Positions 37,830 to 48,598 of a stretch of 64,000 bases of DNA are shown piece by piece. The stretch is from the NCBI GenBank assembly GCA_963674595.2, contig CAXXFV010000023.1, positions 640,001-704,000 on the forward strand, given 5' to 3'. This stretch comes from a bacterium. Lineage in GTDB: Bacteria > Zhuqueibacterota > Zhuqueibacteria > Residuimicrobiales > Krinioviventaceae. The notes under the pieces are model-generated. The model had not been told where the DNA came from and searched no databases. It saw only the letters and a list, made by a program, of their open reading frames with translations. A program made the position numbers and the translations under genes. Positions within the stretch are counted from its first letter, which is position 1; the number at the start of each line of letters is the position of its first letter.

Positions 37830-38216
37830 ATGCGAAGTCAAAGAAAAATACTCGTTGTCGATGATGAGGCAATGATACGTGATATCATGGAAGTAGCGTT
37901 TGAAGACGCTGGATATGACGTTACTTGTGTTGAAAGCGGAGAAGAGGCATTAAAAATAGCGGAGGAAGCCACCTTTTCAGTCATGTTTATTGACATTCAG
38001 CTAGGTGGAATGAGTGGTCTGGAGTTAGCACGGGCGATCCGGAAAAAACAACCTTTTGCTCAAATTATAGCAATGACTGGGTATTCTGCCTTTTATGACG
38101 AGAAAGAATGTATGGCCCATGGTTGTAATGCATTTTTCCCCAAACCGTTGAATTTGGCCGAGCTTATACGTTTAGCTCAATATTCATTTGCCAAAGTGGG
38201 TGGTGCTGTTATTTAA
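37830..38216 (+). CDS. Single-domain response regulator
   Basis: VVDD, FIDIQL, MTGY, PKP. Confidence 0.9.
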   Translation: MRSQRKILVVDDEAMIRDIMEVAFEDAGYDVTCVESGEEALKIAEEATFSVMFIDIQLGGMSGLELARAIRKKQPFAQIIAMTGYSAFYDEKECMAHGCNAFFPKPLNLAELIRLAQYSFAKVGGAVI

Positions 38217-38377
38217 CAGATGTGTAGTTATAATTTTAATTATAATGAATAATATTATTATTCATAATGTTTTTTAATTAAATATAAGCCATTATTACGA
38301 TTTGATCGATTTACAATAAAAAAAAATTAATGTTAATATAAATTTTATCAAAGGCATTTTAAAAGGAGAAAAAAATT

Positions 38378-38761
38378 ATGGTACTTAGAGCCTTGGTAGT
38401 TGATGATTCTAAGGTGATGCGGACGATGGTCAAGAATTCCCTTGATAAGACTGGGTTGGCGAAATTCAAGTTTACTGAGGCACAGGATGGTGCGGATGCG
38501 TTGCAAAAATTTGATCCTAAAAATATCGACATTTGCTTTGTTGACTGGAATATGCCAAAAATGAACGGATTTGATTTTGCACTTGAAGTTCGTGGCATTC
38601 GAGGAACCCGGCATATCCCTATCGTATTTATTACAAGTGAAAAAACAATGGGAAAAATGATGGATGCAACTGATAAAGCAGGTGCAAATGCATTTATTTG
38701 CAAACCCTTTACTGTAGATGAATTGAAACATAAATTAAAACCGATTCTCGATAAAATGTAA
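38378..38761 (+). CDS. cheY: CheY-like response regulator
   Basis: VVDDS, VDWNMPKMNG, ITSE, KPFT; followed by cheX and cheA. Confidence 0.88.
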   Translation: MVLRALVVDDSKVMRTMVKNSLDKTGLAKFKFTEAQDGADALQKFDPKNIDICFVDWNMPKMNGFDFALEVRGIRGTRHIPIVFITSEKTMGKMMDATDKAGANAFICKPFTVDELKHKLKPILDKM

Positions 38762-38833
38762 AATAATTCGAAATATATTTTCCATAGTATCTTCCTTGAT
38801 GAGGAAGAGAAATAAAGATTTAGGAGCGCAAAT

Positions 38834-39337
38834 ATGATAGCAGATGTAAAACCAGTAGCTAATTTAACAGAACAACAACTAGATTGTATTCGAGAAGCTG
38901 TGAAAACTACTTTTTCTTCAATTTATGGAGAAGATATTAACTATCTCGGTGACAATGTAGAGGGAACTACATCAAAAAAAGGCGGTGGTGTTGTTGGTAT
39001 TATTTCCTTTATCGGTGATTTAGCCTGGTCTTTGATGTTGGGTTTACCTGAAGAAACAGCCATGGCTTTAGCTTCGAAATTTGCAGGATTTGAAATTGAT
39101 TTTGAAAGTGAAGATATGGGAGATGTGGTTGGTGAATTGGCAAATATTGTAGCCGGAGATTTGGTAGCACGATTGGACGCTATTGGCGCTAAAGTAAACA
39201 TGTCCCTGCCGACAATTGCCCGTGGACGTGATTTTGAATTATTATTGCCGGATAAGCTTCCTTCTTTAAGAGTCGGTTTTACTGCAAGTGAAGGTGAGTT
39301 TTGGATAAAACTCGCTGTCGGAGAACCTAAAAGATAA
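38834..39337 (+). CDS. cheX: CheX-family phosphatase
   Basis: GIISFIGD, DVVGELANIVAG (ExxN), SLPT. Confidence 0.9.
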   Translation: MIADVKPVANLTEQQLDCIREAVKTTFSSIYGEDINYLGDNVEGTTSKKGGGVVGIISFIGDLAWSLMLGLPEETAMALASKFAGFEIDFESEDMGDVVGELANIVAGDLVARLDAIGAKVNMSLPTIARGRDFELLLPDKLPSLRVGFTASEGEFWIKLAVGEPKR

Positions 39338-39350
39338 AAATTTTATATAA

Positions 39351-39683
39351 ATGGACCTGCATAGAATGGAACAGGAACTGATTAAAAAACTTAAAAAGCT
39401 CAAACCTGTTGTATCGACATTGGCTGTGGAAGATATTGAAAAACATTCCATAGTTGTTGATGAATTATTGGAAGTTTTTAATAAACTTCCTGACCAGTTT
39501 AAAACAGCAAAAGCTCTTTTAAAGCTATGTGCTCAAGTCGTTGCAAACTTTTCACATACACAATACAAGGGGGTTTTGGAATTAATTTCATCTGCTTGTG
39601 TTACGATTGTAAAATCCCTTAAAAAACAAAATGAATCAGAGTATATCCGGATTTTAATGCTATTTCAAGTGAAATATTTTTAA
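39351..39683 (+). CDS. Helical hypothetical protein, possibly the frameshifted N-terminus of cheA
   Basis: 110-aa ORF; the cheA frame is open from 39635 and overlaps its 3' end. Confidence 0.55.
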   Translation: MDLHRMEQELIKKLKKLKPVVSTLAVEDIEKHSIVVDELLEVFNKLPDQFKTAKALLKLCAQVVANFSHTQYKGVLELISSACVTIVKSLKKQNESEYIRILMLFQVKYF

Positions 39684-39739
39684 AAATCGGAGAATCAGGT
39701 GAAAATTGGATTGATGATTATATTAACAAGGATATTTCT

Positions 39740-41929
39740 ATGAGTTCACAGGAATCTGTATACACAATTAATGATTTAGCTGCATTAATTATTCAGTTAG
39801 ATATGGAAAATCCTTCATATTTTGATGATATTGTTAAAATTTCTCAGGAACTTTTATTACAATCAACTCTTCCGGAATCGGTTAAAGCAATTGTACGTGA
39901 AATTGATGAAAAAGCAAAAGATATTGATGACCTTTCTGAAGATGAAAAGGAAGATAATATTGCTGATATTGGACGTTTGGTCGGCCGTGCATTGCGTTTA
40001 TCTGTCGAATTGGAAGACGCTGACCAAGACAAAATAGAAGAAGTTGAACAAGTTGAAAAAGATGTTTCTACAAAAGATAACGGTTTTGATGATTCTGCAA
40101 ACGACAGCTTGAGCGATCCTTTTGCACAGTTATTGTCAGAAGATGCTGATTTATCTATTCTGAAAGAATATATCGTAGAATCCAGAGAATTTTTAGAAGA
40201 TGCTGAAGCATCTTTGCTTCAATTAGAAACAGACCCTTCTGATGAAGAAGCCATTAATGTTGTATTCCGTGCTTTTCACTCCATTAAAGGTACATCAGGA
40301 TTTTTGGGGTTGGAACCAATTACCGGCTTTTCTCATTCGGCTGAAAATTTATTGAGTCGTGTAAGAGATGGCGAAATTATATGCAAGGGCTATTATGCCG
40401 ATTTATCCCTGAAATCTGTTGATATGTTGAAAGAACTTATTTCCCTGGTTGAAGAAGCAATAAATGATGAGCCTGTTAGTAAGCCACCCGGTTATGATGC
40501 CTTGTTAACTCACCTTGCTCGTGCTGAAAAAGCAAGTGCCGAAGAAATTCAGCATATGCTGGGGCAGGAAGTAGAAAGTGAACCGGCTGTTTCAAAAAAT
40601 GAAAGTGCATCGGTCACTTCACTTTCCGATGATACAAATATGCCTGGAGTTATTGAAACAAAACCTGAACAGGGAAAAGCCAGTAGTAAAGTTGCGGCAG
40701 ATTCAACATTACGTGTCAGTACCAATCGGTTAGATCAACTTATCGATATTGTCGGTGAACTTGTTATTGCTCATTCAATGGTTGCTCAGGACGGCACCTT
40801 GTTGAATAATAGTAATTATGAGTTTTTGAAAAAAGTCACTCATTCCGGGAAAATTGTCCGTGAACTTCAGGACCTGAGTATGTCTCTGCGGATGATCCCT
40901 TTGCAAGCCACATTTCAAAAAATGAACAGACTTGTCAGGGACACTGCTCAGAAGAAAAATAAAATGGTAAAGTTGATTACAGATGGTGAGGAAACCGAAG
41001 TCGATAGAAATATGGTTGACCTGATAAAAGATCCTCTTGTACATATTTTGCGAAACGCCGTAGATCATGGAATTGAAATGCCGGATGTAAGGGAAGCAAA
41101 TGGCAAGTCAGCAACCGGGACTGTAAAATTATCAGCTTTTCATTCCGGCGGAAATGTTGTTGTGCAAATTCAGGATGACGGCAAAGGTTTGGATAAAGAT
41201 AAAATTATTAAAAAAGCTATTGATAAAGGGATTTTAAGCCCGGATAGCAACATCTCTGATGAAGAAGCTTTTAATTTAATCTTTTTACCGGCTTTTTCTA
41301 CGGCTGATAAAATAACAGATGTTTCCGGACGAGGAGTCGGTTTGGATGTTGTCCGAAAAAATATTGAAGCTTTACGCGGTAGAATTGAGTTGACCTCTGA
41401 AGCCGGACAGGGCTCTACCTTTACAATCAAAGTACCGTTGACGTTGGCTATAACGGATGGTATGTTGATTAAAATCGGTGAAGAGAGATACATTGTTCCA
41501 ACTGTTAATATTCACCGAAGCCTTAAACCGGAAAAATCTATATTGTCAACTATAAATGGTAAGAGTGAAATGGTGATGATAGAAGGTGAATTTATACCGA
41601 TCTTTCGTATTCATTCACTTTTTGATATACAAAACGCCATACAAAATCCATTGGATGGCTTGCTTGTTGTTGTTGACGATGGCGGGCGAAGGTGTGCCCT
41701 GCTTGTTGATGAATTGTTAGGCAAACAACAGGTTGTTACTAAATCATTAGGTGCCGGTATGGGTAAGGTAAAAGGCATCGCCGGTGGTGCTATTTTAGGC
41801 GATGGACGGGTTGGCCTTATTTTAGATACTGTAGAAATTGCAGCTCTGGCTCGCCAGACAGTCAGTGAATTAAAAGATGAGAATTGGAAAAGAGTTGCGC
41901 AGCATAATGATAAAGGAATAACTGTTTAA
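39740..41929 (+). CDS. cheA: Chemotaxis histidine kinase CheA
   Basis: Hpt FRAFHSIKG, LDQLIDIVGELVI, HILRNAVDHGIE, DDGKG, DVSGRGVGLDVV, GAILGDG; no obvious P2 domain. Confidence 0.96.
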   Translation: MSSQESVYTINDLAALIIQLDMENPSYFDDIVKISQELLLQSTLPESVKAIVREIDEKAKDIDDLSEDEKEDNIADIGRLVGRALRLSVELEDADQDKIEEVEQVEKDVSTKDNGFDDSANDSLSDPFAQLLSEDADLSILKEYIVESREFLEDAEASLLQLETDPSDEEAINVVFRAFHSIKGTSGFLGLEPITGFSHSAENLLSRVRDGEIICKGYYADLSLKSVDMLKELISLVEEAINDEPVSKPPGYDALLTHLARAEKASAEEIQHMLGQEVESEPAVSKNESASVTSLSDDTNMPGVIETKPEQGKASSKVAADSTLRVSTNRLDQLIDIVGELVIAHSMVAQDGTLLNNSNYEFLKKVTHSGKIVRELQDLSMSLRMIPLQATFQKMNRLVRDTAQKKNKMVKLITDGEETEVDRNMVDLIKDPLVHILRNAVDHGIEMPDVREANGKSATGTVKLSAFHSGGNVVVQIQDDGKGLDKDKIIKKAIDKGILSPDSNISDEEAFNLIFLPAFSTADKITDVSGRGVGLDVVRKNIEALRGRIELTSEAGQGSTFTIKVPLTLAITDGMLIKIGEERYIVPTVNIHRSLKPEKSILSTINGKSEMVMIEGEFIPIFRIHSLFDIQNAIQNPLDGLLVVVDDGGRRCALLVDELLGKQQVVTKSLGAGMGKVKGIAGGAILGDGRVGLILDTVEIAALARQTVSELKDENWKRVAQHNDKGITV

Positions 41930-41955
41930 TGTTATTCCTTTTTATCTCTTTTTTT
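41912..41955 (+). terminator. Probable intrinsic terminator overlapping the cheA stop
   Basis: AAAGGAATAAC-N8-GTTATTCCTTT followed by a T-rich tract. Confidence 0.65.
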
Positions 41956-42036
41956 CCTTTTTCCCATTTATTATTAAAATTTAAAATGTAATACAATTAA
42001 TCAACAAAATTGCTATGATTTTGGAAGGAGATCAAC

Positions 42037-42573
42037 ATGTCAAGAAATTTGATCACAGTGTTTTTGATTTTAGTGCTTTTAACTTTAAGCCTTCCTGGAA
42101 CAACGGCTGAAGTAAGCGCGTTGCAGCTTTTTTACCTGGTTAAACAGGTATTCCCGGCAGCAGAAGAAGTTAGTGTTTTGATAGGAAAAAAGGACCTGGA
42201 CGGTGCTTTAAATGGAATTAACAGGGCCTCGGCTCAATTTCAGTTAAAGGTTACAGTGCATGATGTGAGCAATGCATTCGATATTGGGAAGGCAATTAAA
42301 GACATTCCTGATAACGCTATCCTGGTTGTTTTTGATTCTCCTGTTTTTGAAGAATCAAAAAATAAACTGTATATTTTGTCAAAATCCAAAGATAAACAAA
42401 TTTCTATTGTAACATCATCAAGAAGTTATATCGACTCGGGAGCTTTATTAGGCTATATTAACGATGGCGGTGAGAAAAAGATTATTTTAAATTTGAAACA
42501 TAGTGAACATTTAAGATCACAATTTACCGATGAATTTATTCAAAAGGTCGGCATAGCTGAGGTGATTTCCTAA
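42037..42573 (+). CDS. Exported YfiR/HmsC-like (periplasmic-binding-fold) protein
   Basis: AAGGAG RBS; signal peptide; C-terminal GALLGYINDGGEKKIILNL resembles the YfiR-family C-terminus; precedes a CHASE8-like MCP. Confidence 0.6.
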   Translation: MSRNLITVFLILVLLTLSLPGTTAEVSALQLFYLVKQVFPAAEEVSVLIGKKDLDGALNGINRASAQFQLKVTVHDVSNAFDIGKAIKDIPDNAILVVFDSPVFEESKNKLYILSKSKDKQISIVTSSRSYIDSGALLGYINDGGEKKIILNLKHSEHLRSQFTDEFIQKVGIAEVIS

Positions 42574-42644
42574 AATTTTTTGTTTATTTTTTAAAAGGTG
42601 TAGAGGATGCTGGATTGGGATGCTAAAATCTAAAGGAGGAGAGT

Positions 42645-44573
42645 TTGAACTTGCGCATGTTAAAAATTAAAACCAGGATGCTAGTTTTTTTCCTTATTAC
42701 AATAATTGCCGTTATGTTGGGTGTCATGGTTATTAATTCACAAATCACAAAGCATGCTTTAAATACCAATTTAACAAACGTACTGTATACTATGAGCAAT
42801 ATTGCTTCTCAGGGTGTTAAAATGGGTTTAGAGTTTAGCGACAGTGATGCCGTCCAAGATGCTTTAAAAAGTTTTACGGACCAGGAATTGTTTTCCTATG
42901 TATCTGTTGAAAACAGAGATGGTGAAGCAGTTTATACGTTCCGAAGAGACGGCTTTCCTGAAATTAAAGAAAATGACATTACTAAACTGAATTTTGATGG
43001 GGAAATTTTTAAACAGGTCCCGGTTACTTCAGATGATCAGGATATTGGTGTTATTACAATTGGTGTTCGTCTGGATGACAGGGACAAAGCCCTGGCCAAG
43101 GCAAGTTTGTATACTTTTTTACTTGCTCTGGGCATTATAGGTTTATTTGTTATAATCACCAATTACATTGCAAACGGAATAGCCGTTCCTGTGCAGAAAA
43201 TTAGAAAAATAGCTGATGAACTGGCACATGGAAATTTGGACCATGATTTGGATGACAAGTTAAAAATTGGTCATGAAATTGGTGAATTAGTAGAATCATT
43301 CCGTCAGATGATTTTGTCTCAAAAAGAAAAAGCAGATGCTGCTTTGCAAATTTCAAAGGGCAACCTGGATGTTCAGGTTAAAGTGTTGTCTGAGGCTGAT
43401 ATATTGGGCAAAGCAATGAATTCGATGAAAGACAGTGTTCAGGCGATGATGGAAGATGCTGATAGTTTGGTAAATGCTGCTATTGAAGGACAGTTGGAAG
43501 TAAGGGCGAATGTTTCCCGTCATGAAGGTGATTTTGCTAAAATTATCAATGGATTTAACAAAACACTGGATGCCTTTTTAGGACCACTTTCAAAAGTTGT
43601 TGAATCATTACAGAAAATAGAGGATAATGATTTGACATGCAAAATTACCGAGATTTATAAAGGTAACCATGCCGAGACTGTACAAACATTGAATACTGCA
43701 ATAGAAAAGCTGGATCGTAATTTACTGCACATTTCAAATTTGGCAGAACAAATTGCTACCGGTACTCAGGAAATTAATCAGGGTAGTCAGGCTGTTGCTC
43801 AGGGTGCATCTGATCAGGCCAGTTCTCTTGAAGAGGTTTCCAGCAGTTTGCAGGAAATGTCTTCAATTACCGAGCAAAATACATCCAATGCAAAAGAAGC
43901 TAAAGCATTATCTGAAAGTGCCAGAGAAAGTACCTCTCGTGGTGTTGACAGTATGAATGATTTGTCGATTGCTATTGAACGTATTAAAGATTCTTCCGAC
44001 GAGACATATAAAATTGTCAATACGATTGATGAAATTGCTTTTCAAACCAATCTGTTGGCGTTAAATGCTGCTGTTGAAGCTGCAAGGGCCGGAGAAGCCG
44101 GAAAAGGCTTTGCTGTTGTTGCTGAAGAAGTTCGGAATCTGGCTGTACGCAGTGCTGAGGCTGCTAAAAATACCGCAAATATGATTGAAGAATCTGTTAA
44201 AAATGCCGGATCTGGTGTTTCACTCAGTCAGAAGGTATTAAACAATCTTTTAGAAATTAATGAAAGAGTTGTTAAAGTTGGTGAAGTAATGGCTGAAATT
44301 GCAATGGCTTCTGAACAACAGAATCAGGGTATCGATCAAATAAACCAGGCAGTGGAACAAATGAACCGTGTTACACAACAGACAGCTGCAAATTCAGAAG
44401 AAGCTGCCAGTTCAACAGAAGAGTTGGCCAGCCAGGCAAAAGAAATATGGAACATGATTTCAGAATTTACTCTGTCTAGTGGAAATTCTTCTTATGTTCA
44501 ACCGGCAAATGGTAATAAAAATGGAAATTCCCATTCTTTTAATGCGGAACCTATGAAAATGCTCAATGTTTAA
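42645..44573 (+). CDS. Methyl-accepting chemotaxis protein with CHASE8-like periplasmic domain and multiple HAMPs
   Basis: Two TMs; [24 protein letters not shown] periplasmic signature; [34 protein letters not shown]. Confidence 0.93.
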   Translation: MNLRMLKIKTRMLVFFLITIIAVMLGVMVINSQITKHALNTNLTNVLYTMSNIASQGVKMGLEFSDSDAVQDALKSFTDQELFSYVSVENRDGEAVYTFRRDGFPEIKENDITKLNFDGEIFKQVPVTSDDQDIGVITIGVRLDDRDKALAKASLYTFLLALGIIGLFVIITNYIANGIAVPVQKIRKIADELAHGNLDHDLDDKLKIGHEIGELVESFRQMILSQKEKADAALQISKGNLDVQVKVLSEADILGKAMNSMKDSVQAMMEDADSLVNAAIEGQLEVRANVSRHEGDFAKIINGFNKTLDAFLGPLSKVVESLQKIEDNDLTCKITEIYKGNHAETVQTLNTAIEKLDRNLLHISNLAEQIATGTQEINQGSQAVAQGASDQASSLEEVSSSLQEMSSITEQNTSNAKEAKALSESARESTSRGVDSMNDLSIAIERIKDSSDETYKIVNTIDEIAFQTNLLALNAAVEAARAGEAGKGFAVVAEEVRNLAVRSAEAAKNTANMIEESVKNAGSGVSLSQKVLNNLLEINERVVKVGEVMAEIAMASEQQNQGIDQINQAVEQMNRVTQQTAANSEEAASSTEELASQAKEIWNMISEFTLSSGNSSYVQPANGNKNGNSHSFNAEPMKMLNV

Positions 44574-44590
44574 AAATAAAGCTTTTTATC

Positions 44591-44624
44591 AAGCCCGAAT
44601 AAATTTTATTCGGGCTTTTTTTTT
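44591..44624 (+). terminator. Rho-independent terminator
   Basis: AAGCCCGAATAA-ATT-TTATTCGGGCTT, with T-run to 44624. Confidence 0.9.
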
Positions 44625-44926
44625 GTAAATCAGACCTATTTGTAATTGAGGTTGATTGTACTCATTTGACCCAATTATGTCACAAAAGATGTTGGTTTGG
44701 GTGTTTATTTATTATATTGTTTAATATCGGTTTAGGTGTTGTTTGTGGAATTTTGTCAAAAAAGTTAAAAGTTGTAATATGTGTTTTACTGGATTATCGT
44801 TCATTTTAGAGCATTATTTAAATTTGTTTGAAAAAAGTATGGCATGAAATACACACAAAATGGACATTGATGAGGCATATGTCTTTTTAAGCGTTTAAAA
44901 ATAATAAGTTATGGTTTATTTTTATT

Positions 44927-44942
44927 TGGCATATTTCTTGCC
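44927..44942 (+). promoter_or_regulatory. Sigma-54 promoter of the second chemotaxis operon
   Basis: TGGCAT-ATTTC-TTGC. Confidence 0.82.
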
Positions 44943-45053
44943 ATTTAACGACTATGTGATGTGCATTTAAAAATTGTTGAGGTGAAAGGTTTTTAAAATG
45001 CTTTTTCATGAAAAAATGTTAAATGTGGGTATTGATGTAAAGAGGAGTGAGGT

Positions 45054-45608
45054 ATGCGGTCTCAATTGGGTAGTGAAGGAACATCAGTTAAAACAATTCG
45101 TGCAACAAAACATAAAACAAAATATTTAACCTTTTTTTTAGGCGAGGAAGAATACGCTTTTGATATTTTAAAAGTTGTAGAAATAATAGGGATGATTAAA
45201 CCTACTCCAATACCTAAAACCCCAAAATATATTTGTGGAATCGTCAATTTAAGAGGTAAGGTGTTACCAGTAATGGACCTTCGGACAAAGTTTAACATGT
45301 CTGCAAAAAAGTATGACGATGAAACAGTTATCATAGATATTAAAACAAGGCAATTGGAAATCGGTTTTGTTGTTGACCGGGTTTCTGAAGTTGTTGATAT
45401 AAAAGATGATGAAATTACGGAGCGCCCGGATTTTGGTGTCCAGATAAATCATGATTTTATTACAGGAATAGGCAAAATTGATGAACGAATTATTATTTTA
45501 TTGGATATTGACAAGGTGCTTTGTTCTATAAGTCTGGATGGACTTGATGATGCATTAGAGAACAAAAATGTCCGAGAAATTACAGTGCAGGAAGAAATGG
45601 TATTCTGA
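45054..45608 (+). CDS. cheW: Chemotaxis adaptor CheW
   Basis: [38 protein letters not shown]. Confidence 0.95.
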   Translation: MRSQLGSEGTSVKTIRATKHKTKYLTFFLGEEEYAFDILKVVEIIGMIKPTPIPKTPKYICGIVNLRGKVLPVMDLRTKFNMSAKKYDDETVIIDIKTRQLEIGFVVDRVSEVVDIKDDEITERPDFGVQINHDFITGIGKIDERIIILLDIDKVLCSISLDGLDDALENKNVREITVQEEMVF

Positions 45609-45634
45609 TAATCGATGGTATGATGGAGGTAGTA

Positions 45635-47788
45635 ATGTTCAAATCACTCAAGGTAAAAAATTTACTTTTAGGTTCATGTGTTATTATCACGTTCTTGATG
45701 GTTATTTTAATTTTGTTTGAAAATAATTATTTACAAAAGATTTATGACAATAGTAATTTATTTTTCGTCAATCAATCAAGTATATCGGAATTAGATGAAT
45801 TGCGTGACGAGCTTGATAATATGCGAACGTTAAACTTTGCGTTGATCGGTAATTATTCAATGAATAAGAGTGTTCGTCAAATTGAAGGTGACTTGGAAAA
45901 AACGGATCAAAAAATTGTTAGTATAAATAAAAATTTACAAAAAGAAGTAAAGTATTCCAAATTATGGAAAAATTATCTGTCCGATTATAGCAAGTGGAAG
46001 GAATTAGATCAACAGTTTATTTCAGAATTTAACAAATATAAAGGCATTAATTTTTTGGAATCCACTGAAACAAAAGAGTCTGTAATTTCTCAATTATTTG
46101 AAGAATTTGAACAAAGCGAGGCAGCATATCAGCAAGCCATTTTATCTTTGAACAAAGTTTATTCAGAATACAAAAAAGATAACGATCAATATTTTTCAGA
46201 TATTACGGAAAATGTTTCATCTCATAAAGGATTTTTATGGGGTGCCGCATTTTTAGTATCTATTATTGCGATATTTTTCGGTATGATATTGATAAAGTAT
46301 GTGACCCGGCCTTTGAATGAAATCAGCAAGATGCTTAAAGAAATAACATTAGGACGTTTTAGCAGGCGACTTGATATTTTAAGAAAAGATGAAATTGGTG
46401 ATATTTCTGCATTGTTAAATAACTATGCTGACGAAACCCAAAATTATGTAATTTCTGCAATGAAAAAAATTGCGAATGGAAATATCGATATAGATATTAA
46501 AAATCGTGATGAAAATGATGAAATAGTACCTGCGCTTAAGGAAATAATTAGTTCTGCAAAGGGTTTGGACGACGAAACTAATATAATGATCGATGCCGCA
46601 TTAAATGGTAATTTAAAACTTCGTGGAGATGCTGACCGCTTTAAGGGTGTTTATCGAAAAATATTAAAAGATATGAACAAAACGCTGGACCTGGTGACAG
46701 AACCGGTTGGTAATGCCATTGGAGTTTTGAATAGAGTAGCGGAAAAAGACCTTTCTGTAAAAATGTCAGGAGAGTATTTTGGAGATTATGCTGATCTTAA
46801 AAATGCAATGAACAAGAGTGTAAAAAATCTTCATGACAGCATTTTTCAGGTTGCTCAGACTGCTGAGCAGGTAGCCACAGCTTCTGAACAAATAAGAAGT
46901 GGAAGTGAAGTGATTGCTCAGGGTGCGTCGGAACAGGCAAGCTCTCTGGAAGAAGTATCCAGCAGTTTGAATGAAATCGCTTCTATGACCCGACAAAACA
47001 CTGCCAATGCCAGAGAAACAAATGGTTTAACCCAGGAAACACGCAAAGGTTCTGAACAGGGAACCGATAGCATGAACCAGTTGTCCAGTGCTATTAATAA
47101 AATTAAGGATTCTTCCGACAGAACCGCCAAGATTGTAAAAACAATTGATGAAATTGCTTTCCAAACCAATTTGTTGGCGCTTAATGCTGCTGTTGAAGCA
47201 GCCCGAGCCGGCGAAGCAGGGAAGGGTTTTGCGGTTGTTGCGGAAGAAGTTCGCAATTTAGCGATGCGTAGTGCGGAAGCAGCAAAAGAGACAGAGTTGA
47301 TGATCAATGAGTCAATTAAAAATGCTGATGAGGGTGTTGAAATTAACCAGCAAGTTATTAAACAACTTGAAGCTGTTACCAAAGGTATAATCCGGGTCAA
47401 TGAGGTTATGACTGAAATTGCCACCGCGTCAGAACAGCAAAGTGATGGCATTGATCAGGTGACCACAGCGGTTGAACAAATGAACCAGGTAACACAACAG
47501 AATGCTTCTAATTCAGAAGAATCATCCGGAGCAGCGGAAGAACTTGGGGCTTTGGCTGAAAAAATGAGAATTATGGTTGCAGAGTTTAAAATAGATCACA
47601 AAGACTCTGTTTCTAACAAGATGAATTTTTTAGAAAAAAAAGTTGAGAATAAAGTTAATAAAGCTGAAATAAAATTTCAAAAACCTAAGGATGATAAAGA
47701 ACATGATATGGAATCTGTAATTCCATTTAATGATAATGATTCCGGAAATTTTAATGGCGGTGATGATATTATTTTAAAACAGTTTTAA
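45635..47788 (+). CDS. Methyl-accepting chemotaxis protein (four-helix-bundle-like sensor, multi-HAMP)
   Basis: GGAGGT RBS + ATG 45635; two TMs; conserved MCP hairpin tip; acidic tail ending ILKQF. Confidence 0.94.
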   Translation: MFKSLKVKNLLLGSCVIITFLMVILILFENNYLQKIYDNSNLFFVNQSSISELDELRDELDNMRTLNFALIGNYSMNKSVRQIEGDLEKTDQKIVSINKNLQKEVKYSKLWKNYLSDYSKWKELDQQFISEFNKYKGINFLESTETKESVISQLFEEFEQSEAAYQQAILSLNKVYSEYKKDNDQYFSDITENVSSHKGFLWGAAFLVSIIAIFFGMILIKYVTRPLNEISKMLKEITLGRFSRRLDILRKDEIGDISALLNNYADETQNYVISAMKKIANGNIDIDIKNRDENDEIVPALKEIISSAKGLDDETNIMIDAALNGNLKLRGDADRFKGVYRKILKDMNKTLDLVTEPVGNAIGVLNRVAEKDLSVKMSGEYFGDYADLKNAMNKSVKNLHDSIFQVAQTAEQVATASEQIRSGSEVIAQGASEQASSLEEVSSSLNEIASMTRQNTANARETNGLTQETRKGSEQGTDSMNQLSSAINKIKDSSDRTAKIVKTIDEIAFQTNLLALNAAVEAARAGEAGKGFAVVAEEVRNLAMRSAEAAKETELMINESIKNADEGVEINQQVIKQLEAVTKGIIRVNEVMTEIATASEQQSDGIDQVTTAVEQMNQVTQQNASNSEESSGAAEELGALAEKMRIMVAEFKIDHKDSVSNKMNFLEKKVENKVNKAEIKFQKPKDDKEHDMESVIPFNDNDSGNFNGGDDIILKQF

Positions 47789-47836
47789 GTTTATTCTATT
47801 CTATTAATAATAGAAATTTTTGTATTAGGAATTAAA

Positions 47837-48598
47837 ATGAAGATTATTTCGGTTATCAATCAAAAAGGCGGCGTTGGAAAAACAACCACGGCTGTTAACC
47901 TCGGGGCCGGATTAACAAAATTGCAGCAAAAGGTTTTATTGATTGACCTAGATCCTCAGGCAAATTTGACCTATTCTTTAGGTGTTTTGGCCCATGAATT
48001 GGACAATACGATTTATGATTTGTTAAGAGGTGATGTTACTTTTGATGAAACTGTGGTTACCAAAAATAACCTGGATATTATTCCGGCAAACCTCGATTTA
48101 TCTGCAGCAGAAGTAGAGTTTGCAGGATTACCCGGCAGAGAATTTCTTTTGCAGGAAGTATTAGATTCTGTTAATAGTTATGATTATATCCTGATTGACT
48201 GTGCACCTTCTTTAGGTTTATTAACCCTAAACGCATTAACTGTTTCTCGGGAAATATATATACCTGTACAAACTGAATTTTTACCAATGCAAGGAATGGC
48301 AAAATTATTGCAGACGGTTGATGTTGTAAAAAAACGATTAAACCAAAACCTGGAAATTACCGGGATTATTTGTACACAATATGACAAGCGTAAAAACCTG
48401 CATCGCGAAGTTGTAAAGCGAATAACCGATCATTTTGGTGATAAAGTTTTTTCGACATTCATTCGTGACAATGTTAGTTTGGCAGAAGCACCAAGTTTTG
48501 GCTTGTCTATTTTTGATTATAAGGCCAGCAGTTATGGTGCACGTGATTATTTAAATCTTAGTAAACAAGTTTTAAAAAGAGGTAGAGAAAATGGCTAA
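47837..48598 (+). CDS. ParA/Soj-family ATPase (ParC/PpfA-like) inside the che operon
   Basis: NQKGGVGKTTT, DLDPQAN, IDCAPSLG, LAEAPS. Confidence 0.93.
   Translation: MKIISVINQKGGVGKTTTAVNLGAGLTKLQQKVLLIDLDPQANLTYSLGVLAHELDNTIYDLLRGDVTFDETVVTKNNLDIIPANLDLSAAEVEFAGLPGREFLLQEVLDSVNSYDYILIDCAPSLGLLTLNALTVSREIYIPVQTEFLPMQGMAKLLQTVDVVKKRLNQNLEITGIICTQYDKRKNLHREVVKRITDHFGDKVFSTFIRDNVSLAEAPSFGLSIFDYKASSYGARDYLNLSKQVLKRGRENG

Noticed and set aside
38245-38265. AT-only dyad ATGAATAAT-ATT-ATTATTCAT resembling a Fur box
   Set aside because: Spacing does not fit the 7-1-7 Fur dyad, and such palindromes arise easily in near-pure AT sequence.
38790-38808. Short hairpin TCTTCCT-TGATG-AGGAAGA between cheY and cheX
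   Set aside because: Only 7-8 bp with no U-tail; insufficient evidence for a function.
42011-42019. Extended -10-like TGCTATGAT before the YfiR-like gene
   Set aside because: The implied start site would fall inside the RBS, and there is no -35.
47774-47788. C-terminal ILKQF of the second MCP as a CheR/CheB-tethering pentapeptide
   Set aside because: Lacks the aromatic residue at position 2 of the NWETF-type consensus; plausible but not supportable by eye.
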